Part shown: positions 27,735 to 36,683 of the stretch, piece by piece | Numbering within the stretch: the first letter of the stretch is position 1 | How the letters are laid out: every line of letters begins with the position of its first letter | Position numbers and translations under genes: made by a program | Source of the DNA: a virus | Lineage: Duplodnaviria > Caudoviricetes | IMG/VR virus record: IMGVR_UViG_2907546677_000002 | Location: 1 to 64,000 of that record | Length of the DNA: 64,000 nucleotides | Direction: 5' to 3' (one strand) | Notes under the pieces: model-generated | Databases searched by the model: none | Told to the model about the DNA's origin: nothing | The model's input: only the letters and a program-made list of their open reading frames with translations

Positions 27735-27949
27735 CTTGTGTTTCCCACCTTGTCGTTGAGTTCGAGCAGGTCGCGCAGATTCTGGAGGATCCGATCGCGT
27801 TGTTCCAGGTATGTCATCTTGTTGCTCCGATCTTGTTGTTGAGCTGGTAGGCGATGCCTTCGATTTCCGCTGGCGTGAAGTCTGCGAGGGTGATGTCTTG
27901 GATGCCGTCCACGAGGCTGGCGCTGCCGGCGGGTTGAGTAGTTGGCTGG

Positions 27950-28174
27950 TCATTTATGCGCTTCCTTGACGATCGTGTCGATGATGACGTCCACGAGGTC
28001 GGGCACGTCGACGTCCATCGGTCCGGTGATGTGGCCAAAGGACCGGCTCGCGTAGACTTCATCCCACTGTTCCGCGTATTGCGGGCGAATCATGTCACCA
28101 TGCTCGCCGAATTCGTCGAAGACGGCTTCCACGCAGGCCTTGCGCAGGTCTTTGTTGTAGGTCTTGCTGTCCAT
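27950..28174 (-). CDS. small phage-type hypothetical protein
   Basis: AAGGAG SD; 74 aa. Confidence 0.6.
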   Translation of the reverse strand: MDSKTYNKDLRKACVEAVFDEFGEHGDMIRPQYAEQWDEVYASRSFGHITGPMDVDVPDLVDVIIDTIVKEAHK

Positions 28175-28197
28175 CGGATGCTCCTTTGGTGTGGCTT

Positions 28198-28362
28198 TCA
28201 GGCTTTGAATTGTTTGATGCTGTCAATCGGCTGGATAAGGAGCATTAAGAGTTGCGTTGAGTCCATATCGAACACCGGAGCGGCTTCTTCGATTTCCTTG
28301 ATTGTCAGCGGAATGCTGCCGTCAAGCCGCTTGTCGACGGTGTTGAGCGTGCAACCCCACGC
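28198..28362 (-). pseudogene. start-less HTH (Cro/XRE-like) fragment
   Basis: My translation: AWGCTLNTVDKRLDGSIPLTIKEIEEAAPVFDMDSTQLLMLL...; bounded upstream by a stop. Confidence 0.45.
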
Positions 28363-28539
28363 TCACATACACGACAATCTCATCCGGCGCGACCGACGCG
28401 GTAATGTCGGGGACCGCGAGTTCCGCCGCCCCCTCCGCGACGCGTTTGCTCGCCCAATACTGTGGGCATAGCGGACACGCCTATGCTCGCGCTCCTCGTC
28501 GGTGAGCGGTGGTGTCGGCTCGTTTTCGTTCGGGTTCAT
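28363..28539 (-). CDS. small hypothetical protein
   Basis: GAGAGG SD, ATG 28539; basic, low-complexity C-terminus. Confidence 0.35.
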   Translation of the reverse strand: MNPNENEPTPPLTDEEREHRRVRYAHSIGRANASRRGRRNSRSPTLPRRSRRMRLSCM

Positions 28540-28547
28540 CGTCCTCT

Positions 28548-28817
28548 CTACCTTTCTCCGCAATCCCAACGGTCGTAGCATGCGGGGCATTCGTATTGCG
28601 CGTATTCGGGATTCCACTTGGCGTGCTCACGGCATACCCGATGCCAGCAGGCTTCGCATATCCTGCCGCAGTCCGTGCAGTTGACGCGCCTGCAATACGG
28701 GCATTTCATCGCATGCTCCTCGCATAACGGTATGCCGCAACCGCCGCAGTGGTCCACCACGTCGTCCGGCTCGTATGGGCCGTGGCTTGAATCTTCGCAG
28801 GTTTCTTTCGTGTTCAT
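28548..28817 (-). CDS. Cys-rich zinc-binding protein
   Basis: Multiple CxxC and CxxH pairs; AAGGA SD. Confidence 0.65.
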   Translation of the reverse strand: MNTKETCEDSSHGPYEPDDVVDHCGGCGIPLCEEHAMKCPYCRRVNCTDCGRICEACWHRVCREHAKWNPEYAQYECPACYDRWDCGER

Positions 28818-28828
28818 GATGGTTCCTT

Positions 28829-29170
28829 TCATTCCTTGCCTAGCAGTTCGAGTCCGCAGCACACCACTTCCCATACTGAGCCGTCGATAGCGATGAGCAT
28901 GTCGGATATGCGGTATCTGCTCGCGTGCGGCAGTTCCCCGCCCTGGTCGACGTATGACCGCCAGTTGCAGTCGAACATGCCATAATCATCAGCGTCGGCC
29001 GCGTACGACACATCAGACGGTTCCATGCCGGCGAGCCGTTGGCGGGACTTGGGGTCGAGCGCGTGCCAGTGTCGGTCCTTGTCGTCGTAGATAAGAGACT
29101 CAAAGTCGGCGCCGTCCAGTACGGCGAGTATCGCCTTGCGGGCGGTCGTGTGGAAAGATGCTGTTTTCAT
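28829..29170 (-). CDS. hypothetical protein
   Basis: GGAG SD; 113 aa. Confidence 0.65.
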   Translation of the reverse strand: MKTASFHTTARKAILAVLDGADFESLIYDDKDRHWHALDPKSRQRLAGMEPSDVSYAADADDYGMFDCNWRSYVDQGGELPHASRYRISDMLIAIDGSVWEVVCCGLELLGKE

Positions 29171-29251
29171 GATGTTCGTCTCCTTTTCGTCAGCTCCATG
29201 CGTCCCCGTTTGATGGCAGTGGCGTTATCCTCCCGCCCGCCGGTGAAGCCA

Positions 29252-29866
29252 TCAAAGCGTTTTTACGTGCGATGCGAATTCCAATGCCTTCTCGCCCTTG
29301 TCGGTCAGCACGTCGAACACTTGGTCGATGTAGTATCTGCGTTCCAGCACGCCCAGATCCCGTAGTCGTTGTGATTCCTCCTCCGAGTCGACCACGCCCT
29401 GCGGTTTAAGGTCTGTCAGGATCGCGATGTCCCCCTTGTCCAACAGGGGCGGGTCGTCGGGTTCCAGCAACGCCTTCAGACGATCCGCCTTGTCCTCCAG
29501 GCCGGATACGACTGCGGCCAGCGAATCAGGCATGGCTGTATCCGCACCGTCGCACAGGCCGACCCACCGACTGCGCTTGTCTACCGCCTTGTCGAGGCAT
29601 TTGTCCGCTGTGAGAGTGATTATCCGCACGCGGAACTCGTTGAAGTCGCAGACTCCTTTATGGCGGTCGTAATCCCGCCAGACGAAGGTGCCATTCGGAC
29701 GAATCGAGCATTCGAGGAACACGAAAAGCCTGTGCTCAGGGACTTCGCGGATGTCCGCTACGCGGTCGGAGTAGCTCGATTCGACCAAAGTGAACTCCAC
29801 GCCTTCCTTGCCCAGCCGGTCCAATAGGTCGCGGACGGATCGCAGGGTCTTCTCGATTTTCAACAT
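29252..29866 (-). CDS. hypothetical protein, tandem paralog of 29913..30533
   Basis: MLKIEKTL..RDL N-terminus; C-terminal LTDKGEKALE (wHTH-like wing). Confidence 0.7.
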   Translation of the reverse strand: MLKIEKTLRSVRDLLDRLGKEGVEFTLVESSYSDRVADIREVPEHRLFVFLECSIRPNGTFVWRDYDRHKGVCDFNEFRVRIITLTADKCLDKAVDKRSRWVGLCDGADTAMPDSLAAVVSGLEDKADRLKALLEPDDPPLLDKGDIAILTDLKPQGVVDSEEESQRLRDLGVLERRYYIDQVFDVLTDKGEKALEFASHVKTL

Positions 29867-29912
29867 TTTTCGTTTCTTTCTAATTGCTGTATGTCGTTAA
29901 CGGTCGTGTACG

Positions 29913-30533
29913 TCAGGCCGACGCGACGTAGCGTTCCATGGCCTTCCGCCCCAGTTCGGTCAGCCCGTCGCGGTCAATCAAGCTCCTGTTGAACATGTTC
30001 CTATAAAACGGGTCGTCCGGGTCATACTCCAGAAGACGCTCCTTCTGCGGGTCGCGGAGGAACCTTTCAAGGCGTTCGCATTCGTAAGGGGATAAATCCA
30101 TTGCAATCGGGTCGGCTTTGATGAGGTCGCGCAGTCGGTTTGCCGCATCCTCGTATTCCGCTTTCCTTCCGGCCAGCTTGTCGGGGAGAGGCATCTCGTC
30201 GGCCTGACCGTCGAGATCCCTGCGAAGATGCGTCCAGGATTTCGTGATGTTGTCCGCTTTCAGCATGTAGCCGCGAGCGAGGTCCAAAAGCAGGTTCATC
30301 CGAAACCACGCGAAGGCATCGGGATACGAATTCCACCTCATGTGAATCACGCCGTCCATGCCGACCCACGCGAAACAGCGACACGGCTCATATACGTCAA
30401 TGGTCATCGCCGCATCCTCGTAATCGCTTTTCGTTTCGGCGTCCGCATCCTTGATGGACATTTCGATCCCGAGTTCATGCAAGGTGTTTTGGAGGTCACG
30501 CAGTTCCTTCAGCGTCTTCTCGATTTTCAGCAT
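29913..30533 (-). CDS. hypothetical protein, tandem paralog of 29252..29866
   Basis: MLKIEKTL..RDL N-terminus; C-terminal LTELGRKAME. Confidence 0.7.
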   Translation of the reverse strand: MLKIEKTLKELRDLQNTLHELGIEMSIKDADAETKSDYEDAAMTIDVYEPCRCFAWVGMDGVIHMRWNSYPDAFAWFRMNLLLDLARGYMLKADNITKSWTHLRRDLDGQADEMPLPDKLAGRKAEYEDAANRLRDLIKADPIAMDLSPYECERLERFLRDPQKERLLEYDPDDPFYRNMFNRSLIDRDGLTELGRKAMERYVASA

Positions 30534-30554
30534 TTCCGTATCCCCCTATGTCCT

Positions 30555-30935
30555 CTAATGGCAGTATTCGCAGTAGCCGTAGTCGTCGTCTGCCTTCGTC
30601 GGCTCCGTCCGCTTGTCGCGGATCATCGACCACACGCCGGCGGCGGCGCCGGCCACGACGAAGAGGCATCCTGCGATTGTCAGAACGATATGTGGAATGG
30701 TCAACGTCTTGCGGCTGATTGCCGCCATGTCACGGCGTTTCCCGTCTGCGCCAACTGTTCGTATGATACGAACAGTTGCCCATGGCGTTCTCTTGAGCCG
30801 TTCCCACTGTCCGTTGTATGCGATGCCGATGTTCTCGCAGATTGGTTTCAATGCCGCGTAGATTTCACCGTCATCGGACTTTTGCGCGATCATCATGCTC
30901 CCGTTGAACGGAATCTCGACGATATCGCCGTTCAT
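30555..30935 (-). pseudogene. P22-antirepressor N-terminal-like domain fused to an unrelated TM tail
   Basis: IPFNG...YAALKPICENIGIAYNGQWERLKR...GADGKRRDM..ISRKTL, followed abruptly by a hydrophobic helix. Confidence 0.65.
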
Positions 30936-31219
30936 TTGGTTGCCTCCGCGTAGAGAATGTCAATCATGTCGAGGGTGTTGTATTTGGCTTGGAGTTCTTT
31001 GGAGCCTCTGCGCATGGCTTTCGCCAAATCTTTTGGAACGATCGTCATTCCCGTGGTTCCGTTTTCCATATTCTTGGGGATGATGGCGGCGAACATATCA
31101 TCTGGCAGTTTTGTGAGGAGGCTTAGCGCTTTAACGGACATGCCTAACTCTCCTCGCAGATTGCACAGGTAGCCGTTGTCGGTGAGATATTCGAGCTTCT
31201 GTTGTCTGGTTTCGTTCAT
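30932..31219 (-). CDS. hypothetical protein
   Basis: GGAG SD; overlaps the next gene. Confidence 0.6.
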   Translation of the reverse strand: MNETRQQKLEYLTDNGYLCNLRGELGMSVKALSLLTKLPDDMFAAIIPKNMENGTTGMTIVPKDLAKAMRRGSKELQAKYNTLDMIDILYAEATK

Positions 31220-31229
31220 TTGTGGTCTC

Positions 31230-32270
31230 CTAGTATTCGACGGCTTCGATGCGCGTGATGAAGAAGTGGATGCCTGGAGCGCATTCGTTCCACCGGTCGG
31301 GGTCGAAGTCTTCGACGGTCACGGTTTCGCCTTTTTTGTAAATGAAGTCCGTGTCGTATCTGCTGTATGCCGTGGTATCCGGCTTGAGACTGTGGCCGTC
31401 AAGGTCTTGCAGGTCGAGCACTTGGGCTTTGCTGGCGCGGCATTTACGACCCGTGGCGTTGGAGCGCTGCGCGTCGGACGGGACAAGCAGTTTCACGATG
31501 ACTGGCGTCTTAAAAGACATTCTGCCGTCTATCCATGCTTTTTTCCAGCCGATTATGTCGCCATCGTCCGGGAGGATGCACGTCTGCGCGATGATAAGGT
31601 CTGCGTCGTCGGCATTGGTTATGTCGGCACCGCTTAGGTTTGCACCGCTTAGGTTTGCACCGCTTAGGCCGGCGGCGCGCAGGTTTGCGCCGGTCAGTTT
31701 TGCATCGCGCAGGTTTGCATAGCTTAGGTTTGCGCCGGTCAGGTCGGCGTCGCACAGGTTTGCATCGTGCAAGTTTGCATCGTGCAGGTTTGCACCGTGC
31801 AAATTTGCGCCGGTCAGGTCGGCACGGCGCAGGTCGGCACGGCGCAGGCCGGCACGGCTCAGGTCTGCGCCGCTTAGGCCGGCACGGCTCAGGCCAGCGC
31901 CGGTCAGGTCTGCGCCGCTTAGGCCGGCACGGCGCAGGCCAGCGCCGGTCAGGTGGGCATCGCGCAGGTTTGCACCGTGCAGGTCGGCACGGCACAAGTC
32001 GGCGCCGGTCAGGTCGGCATCGCGCAGGTCGGCATCGCGCAGGTCTGCGCCGCTTAGGCCGGCACGGCTCAGGTCGGCACCGTGCAGGTTTGCATAGCTC
32101 AGGTCGGCGCCGGTCAGGTCTGCATTGGTCAGGTCTGCATTGGTCAGGTCTGCATGACTTAAGTCAAACCCGCGCAGGTCGGCGTTGCGGAGGCAGTCGC
32201 GCCCGTATTCTTCGAGGATGGCCTCGATGCTGTCGCCCTTGAGGGTGCCGTGTGGCGTGGTGATTTTCAT
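31230..32270 (-). CDS. pentapeptide-repeat protein with C-terminal DUF5758-like domain
   Basis: About 38 A(D/N/G)Lxx repeats. C-terminal IVKLLVP...RSNATGRKCRASKA...YKKGETV...CAPGIHFF. Alternative in-frame starts at 32345 and 32381. Confidence 0.85.
   Translation of the reverse strand: MKITTPHGTLKGDSIEAILEEYGRDCLRNADLRGFDLSHADLTNADLTNADLTGADLSYANLHGADLSRAGLSGADLRDADLRDADLTGADLCRADLHGANLRDAHLTGAGLRRAGLSGADLTGAGLSRAGLSGADLSRAGLRRADLRRADLTGANLHGANLHDANLHDANLCDADLTGANLSYANLRDAKLTGANLRAAGLSGANLSGANLSGADITNADDADLIIAQTCILPDDGDIIGWKKAWIDGRMSFKTPVIVKLLVPSDAQRSNATGRKCRASKAQVLDLQDLDGHSLKPDTTAYSRYDTDFIYKKGETVTVEDFDPDRWNECAPGIHFFITRIEAVEY
31615..32187 (-). repeat. 15-bp tandem coding repeat (pentapeptide)
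   Basis: e.g. gccgacctgaccggc / gcaaacctgcacgat units. Confidence 0.85.
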
Positions 32271-32385
32271 TGGGTTTCCTCGTTGTATGTGGGATTTCGG
32301 CTCTGTTGTTTCGTCGTTGAATGTGGATACTGTGGGCTGTTGCATGGTTTTCCTTTGTTTGGCCGCGGATGGCGCGAACATCTTT

Positions 32386-32411
32386 GTGTGGACTACTACA
32401 GTATATCACGT
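32386..32411 (-). promoter_or_regulatory. 26-bp motif copy 7
   Basis: ACGTGATATACTGTAGTAGTCCACAC; abuts hairpin tgggggcttg...caagccccca (32411-32442). Confidence 0.85.
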
Positions 32412-32451
32412 GGGGGCTTGCTTGATATCGGACAAGCCCCCACTATTCCGG

Positions 32452-33345
32452 TCAGCCGCGTGCGAAGCCACGCGACAACACGGTCACCAGCGTCGGATCC
32501 GCGTCATCATCATTCCGCACCGCCGTGAGGATATCACGGCGACCCGTCCACAACAGGTTGTCCGCCTGCTCCTGCGACAGGCCCTCAAGGTCGCCGTCCG
32601 CGTTGAAGTGCACGTACTGGTGCTTGTCGGGATCCCAGCCGCCGTACTCGCGGGCCTCTCTGATGCGTTCCTCGCTCATGTCCTCCAATCCCAGTCCGGC
32701 GGGGTTGGTGCTTTTCGCGATCCGGTAGACGCCGACACTCGTGTTGTACGGGTCATGGTCCAGACAGTCGTTGACCGCGCGGTTCAACAGCATGGAGCGT
32801 TCCCCGGTCATGGTCGCGCCGTCACTGTCCTCGACCGCCTGGTCGAGCAGCCGGTGGCGGCGGTCCTCCAACCATTCGTCACAGTCGAAACCGTCCGGCA
32901 TGTCGTCGATGAGGTCGCCTTCCGTGAAGCCCCAGTCGTCTCCTGTGGCGTCGAAACCGTCGCCCAGATCCTTGTCGGTGACGAAATCAAGACGGTGGTT
33001 CACGTGCACGTCCTGCGGGACGATGCTGACGGCGCCGGTGTCGTCGTCCTCCATCATGGAGTACTTGTGCCATCCGTCAGGCAGCGTGCTTCCGTCGATG
33101 CGCCCGTCGTCGATCGCGTATCCTTCGACGCGGGTCCCGTCGGGGCGGTCGAACTCGATCTTGCGCGCCTCGTAGGGGTCGAGGCTGGCCGCGAGCTCGA
33201 CCGGCGGCGCTGCCTCGACGGTGGACGTGTTGTCGCGGATCATGTCCACGGTTGGCGTCGCGTTGGCCTTGCCCTCGTTGTCGAACTCGCCACTGGGGCG
33301 TCTTCTGCGTCGTTTTGCAATGGCGCTTTTTCGTGGGTCTGTCAA
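32452..33345 (-). CDS. two-domain protein with LPD28-like N-terminal module
   Basis: RIDGSTLPDGWHKYSMMEDDD...VHVNHRLDFVTDKDL resembles LPD28. C-terminal GWDPDKHQYVHFNADGDL. Confidence 0.6.
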   Translation of the reverse strand: MTDPRKSAIAKRRRRRPSGEFDNEGKANATPTVDMIRDNTSTVEAAPPVELAASLDPYEARKIEFDRPDGTRVEGYAIDDGRIDGSTLPDGWHKYSMMEDDDTGAVSIVPQDVHVNHRLDFVTDKDLGDGFDATGDDWGFTEGDLIDDMPDGFDCDEWLEDRRHRLLDQAVEDSDGATMTGERSMLLNRAVNDCLDHDPYNTSVGVYRIAKSTNPAGLGLEDMSEERIREAREYGGWDPDKHQYVHFNADGDLEGLSQEQADNLLWTGRRDILTAVRNDDDADPTLVTVLSRGFARG

Positions 33346-33401
33346 AGTCCGCCGCCTTTCGCCCGGTCACGCAAGGCGGCACGGCCGCTCCGTGTCATCT
33401 T

Positions 33402-33427
33402 GCGTGGACGTCTACAGCATATCACGT
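33402..33427 (-). promoter_or_regulatory. 26-bp motif copy 8
   Basis: ACGTGATATGCTGTAGACGTCCACGC. Confidence 0.75.
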
Positions 33428-33440
33428 CGGCTTGCGTGTT

Positions 33441-33638
33441 TCACTGGTTGCGGCGGCGTTCCCCGCGTTCCTTCCACTCCCTGATCGACTGTTCCTGCGC
33501 AGCGTCCTCGTACGCCCGCTCCTCGTCGCTTTTCACATCATGCGACTTGCAGGCGAGCCATCCGAGGATGAAAAGGAGCATGAACACGAAGGCGGTCAAC
33601 GTCACGGCTATCGCCATTGCGGCAAGTGTCCCCAACAT
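33441..33638 (-). CDS. small membrane protein
   Basis: N-terminal TM, charged tail; coupled to the dnaB stop. Confidence 0.6.
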   Translation of the reverse strand: MLGTLAAMAIAVTLTAFVFMLLFILGWLACKSHDVKSDEERAYEDAAQEQSIREWKERGERRRNQ

Positions 33639-34990
33639 CAGATCTCGCCTCCTTCCCCATAACCCTGGGGCATGTCCTTGAACTTCGAGAACGCGCCGAG
33701 GAACGCCAGGGTGAACGTGTCGGTCGGCCCGTTGCGATGCTTCGCCATGATGACGTCGGCCTCTCCGGGCCTGTCCTCACGGTCGTACACGTCCGGGCGA
33801 TGGACGAGGAACACCACGTCGGCGTCCTGCTCGATGGAACCGGATTCACGCAGATCGGACAACTGGGGTTTCTTGTCGTTGCGCATCTCCACGTTCCTGT
33901 TCAACTGGGAGAGCACGACCACCGGCACTCCCAGCTCCTTGGCGAGCAGCTTCATCTGACGCGAATACTCGCTGACCTCCTGCTGCCGGTTGTTGGTCGG
34001 CCTGCCGGACGACATGAGCTGCAGGTAGTCGATGACGACGAGTTTCAGGTCGTCGGACTGCTTCAGGCGACGGCATTTGGCGCGTATGTCGGTGATGTTC
34101 AGGCCAGGGCTGTCGTCGATGTACAGGGGCTTGTCCTCCAGCTTGGACCACATGACGTTGAGCGTGTCCCAATGCTCCTGGGTGATCTTGTCCGCGTTGC
34201 GGAACGCGCTGAGCGGGATGTCGGTTTCGGCGGAGTTGATGCGCTGCATGAGCTCCATGCGGCTCATCTCCAAGCTGAACACGACGGTGCACATGTCATG
34301 GTGCAATGCGGCGGAGCGGGCGAAGTCCATGCCGAGCGTGGACTTGCCCATGGCGGGACGTCCGGCCACGACCACCATCTGCCCCGGTTGGAGGCCGCGG
34401 GTCACTTCGTCGATGTCGCGGAAGCCGGTCGGCACCCCGTCTGGGATGACGCCCTGCTGGATGTTGTCGATGTGCCGGAGCAGTTCCTCATCCGCCGTAT
34501 GGGCGTCCACATAGTCGCGGGTGGTTCGCTCGTCACCCAGGGTGAACGCCTCGTTCAGGGCTAGGCTGATCGCGTCGGAAACGTTGCCGACGTCGCTTGA
34601 ATGGCCGAGCTGGGCTATCCTCGTGCCGACTTGGATCAGCTTTCGCTGGCGTGCCGCGTCCTTCACGGCCTGCGCGTAATAGGGGAGCGACGCGGGTGCC
34701 GGCGCGGCCGCGACCAGTTCGGCGAGATAATCAGAGCCGCCCACTTTCTCCAGATTGCCGTGCTTGTCGAGCTCGCCGGCCAACAGTTCCGGAGTGACGG
34801 CGCTTACCTTGTCGGACGTGCTTCTGATCTGATTGAAGATGATCTGGTTGACGGGCGAGTAAAAGTCGGTTTCCGCCAGAAGACGGAGACCGTCGTCCAA
34901 TGCGCGCCGGCCGACGAGCATGCATCCCAGCACGGTTCTCTCGGCCTGCTCCTTGTGGGGTTGGTTCCCCTGGTCGAATATGTCGCTCAT
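33638..34990 (-). CDS. dnaB: replicative DNA helicase DnaB
   Basis: AERTVLG, VPTGFRDIDEVTRG, VAGRPAMGKS, VFSLEMS, VVIDYLQLM, LSQLNR, LRESGSIEQDADVV. Confidence 0.95.
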   Translation of the reverse strand: MSDIFDQGNQPHKEQAERTVLGCMLVGRRALDDGLRLLAETDFYSPVNQIIFNQIRSTSDKVSAVTPELLAGELDKHGNLEKVGGSDYLAELVAAAPAPASLPYYAQAVKDAARQRKLIQVGTRIAQLGHSSDVGNVSDAISLALNEAFTLGDERTTRDYVDAHTADEELLRHIDNIQQGVIPDGVPTGFRDIDEVTRGLQPGQMVVVAGRPAMGKSTLGMDFARSAALHHDMCTVVFSLEMSRMELMQRINSAETDIPLSAFRNADKITQEHWDTLNVMWSKLEDKPLYIDDSPGLNITDIRAKCRRLKQSDDLKLVVIDYLQLMSSGRPTNNRQQEVSEYSRQMKLLAKELGVPVVVLSQLNRNVEMRNDKKPQLSDLRESGSIEQDADVVFLVHRPDVYDREDRPGEADVIMAKHRNGPTDTFTLAFLGAFSKFKDMPQGYGEGGEI

Positions 34991-35025
34991 GCCTGTTCTG
35001 CCTTTCGATTCTTATTCATAACTGC

Positions 35026-35496
35026 TCACGCAGTTTTTTGATGGACGATGATTTCCGCACCGTACTCGTCTGCGAGGTCTATCCGGCTGGTGATTTCCGT
35101 GCTGGCTGTCATTTGCCTGATGGATGAGAGCAGAGTGCTGAAGCGCCGGCGGCTGTCCGCGTCCTCCCCGTCCGTGTCCTTGTACGCGGTTTCGAGTTCG
35201 TCGAATCTGTCTATGATCCGTTTCCATTCGTCCGATACGTCGCGCATGACATGCAGGTGCGGGCGTACGAGTGGCACGGCCTTGATGAGCCGCATGCACC
35301 GGTCGAAGTCGCCGTAGTCGTACGGGGCGAAGTCGTTGGGCAGCCCATTGAAAAATCCGTGGCATGGGTTGCCGGTCACGTGGCTGACGATGCTCATGCT
35401 GCTCAGGCCGGTCTGGCCGTTGACGAGCCAGTCGGCGAACAGGATTATGGGCAGGTGTTCGGGTGGTTTCCGTCTTGTGTTGTCTGGCTGTTTCAT
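35026..35496 (-). CDS. phage/plasmid-type hypothetical protein
   Basis: GQTGLSS...PYDYGDFDRC..L...P...W..I...F.EL; follows motif copy 9. Confidence 0.7.
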   Translation of the reverse strand: MKQPDNTRRKPPEHLPIILFADWLVNGQTGLSSMSIVSHVTGNPCHGFFNGLPNDFAPYDYGDFDRCMRLIKAVPLVRPHLHVMRDVSDEWKRIIDRFDELETAYKDTDGEDADSRRRFSTLLSSIRQMTASTEITSRIDLADEYGAEIIVHQKTA

Positions 35497-35507
35497 GCAT
35501 CTCCTCT

Positions 35508-35533
35508 GTGTGGACTTTCACAGTGTATCACGT
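35508..35533 (-). promoter_or_regulatory. 26-bp motif copy 9
   Basis: ACGTGATACACTGTGAAAGTCCACAC; drives the dnaB unit. Confidence 0.85.
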
Positions 35534-35549
35534 GGCGCGGCGACTACTG

Positions 35550-35575
35550 ACGTGATACACTGTAACAGTCCACAC
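35550..35575 (+). promoter_or_regulatory. 26-bp motif copy 10
   Basis: ACGTGATACACTGTAACAGTCCACAC; back-to-back with copy 9 (16-nt gap); drives the repA-like unit. Confidence 0.85.
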
Positions 35576-35617
35576 AAAACGAGATCCCCAGGAAGGGAAA
35601 CACAAGAAGGACACACC

Positions 35618-35854
35618 ATGACAACCCTCATAGACGCCCTCGCCCAATGCCTCGGCGAGGCATTCGTCGCATCACTCGTCGTCGCGCCCGCATGTGCGAT
35701 CGTCGCGGCGGCCACACTGCTCGCGGCACGGACCGGAACCATCGCAAAGACGCGAACCCTGATGGCGAACCTCGCCGTCCTCACCATCGTCATCGGCATG
35801 GGATCCGGAGTCGCCGCACTCATCCTCCACAACATCGCCCTCATCCTCCACTGA
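35618..35854 (+). CDS. small 2-TM membrane protein
   Basis: AAGGA SD, ATG 35618; hydrophobic. Confidence 0.6.
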   Translation: MTTLIDALAQCLGEAFVASLVVAPACAIVAAATLLAARTGTIAKTRTLMANLAVLTIVIGMGSGVAALILHNIALILH

Positions 35855-35872
35855 AAAGAACCGCCCCCCCCC

Positions 35873-36361
35873 ATGACAAAGGAAAACAACACCGACACCA
35901 TGACCGCCGAAACGAACCTCATCAAGCCCGCGACAACGGACGAAACCAGATACGCGCAACTGCAGGACGCCATCGCCGACAACCAGGAGCACATCGATGC
36001 GCTCAACCACTTCTGCGACGCATACAAAAAAGCGTACGCGACCGGCATCGTCCCCCCATACGAGCGGAAGGACGACAACGGGAACACCGTCGAAATCCAC
36101 CCCGGAGGAGAAGTCTCGAAAGAAAACGCCCTCCGCATGGTCAACAATCTCACGTTGTGGATCGGGGCTTTCGAGGCCGACCGCGACGTGCTCCGCTGGA
36201 ACAGCTACGACCGTTCCCTCAACGCATTGCCCACGCCCACGAAACGGGTCAACCCCGACCTCGCTCTGCGCGGCATCAGCGCCCGGATGCAGGGCGAGAG
36301 CCCGATGATGATCCAACTCGACCGGGAGGTCTGGGAGTCCCAACTGCCGGGGGCGAGGTGA
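35873..36361 (+). CDS. hypothetical protein
   Basis: 162-aa ORF; C9 run immediately before the ATG. Confidence 0.7.
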   Translation: MTKENNTDTMTAETNLIKPATTDETRYAQLQDAIADNQEHIDALNHFCDAYKKAYATGIVPPYERKDDNGNTVEIHPGGEVSKENALRMVNNLTLWIGAFEADRDVLRWNSYDRSLNALPTPTKRVNPDLALRGISARMQGESPMMIQLDREVWESQLPGAR

Positions 36362-36362
36362 C

Positions 36363-36683
36363 ATGGCGACGACATACCATCCACTGAAGAAAGACATGGT
36401 AAGGCTCGTCCAGCTCCACAAGAAACTGACCTCGTGCGCCGACGGCAAGGCCGGCGGCGCACTGGAGCCCGACGAAGCGTCACGGAAGGCGGTCGAGGCG
36501 GTCGACGCCGTCATCGGACGGAAAATCGCCCCATCGTCCACCGGCCCGCTGGTGCGCCTGCACAAGCTGTGCGAAAACGGGTGGATACGTCAGGCGGCTG
36601 ACGAGATGCCGGTCATGTTCCCCGATCTGGAACATCCAGAACGGTGGCAGTCGGCACAGAACAAGAGAAGGAGCAGACGGTGA
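36363..36683 (+). CDS. hypothetical protein
   Basis: GAGGT SD; operon spacing. Confidence 0.6.
   Translation: MATTYHPLKKDMVRLVQLHKKLTSCADGKAGGALEPDEASRKAVEAVDAVIGRKIAPSSTGPLVRLHKLCENGWIRQAADEMPVMFPDLEHPERWQSAQNKRRSRR

Noticed and set aside
31230-32270. qnr/mfpA quinolone-resistance gene call
   Set aside because: It has an extra C-terminal domain and a different repeat signature; resistance cannot be inferred from the repeat alone.
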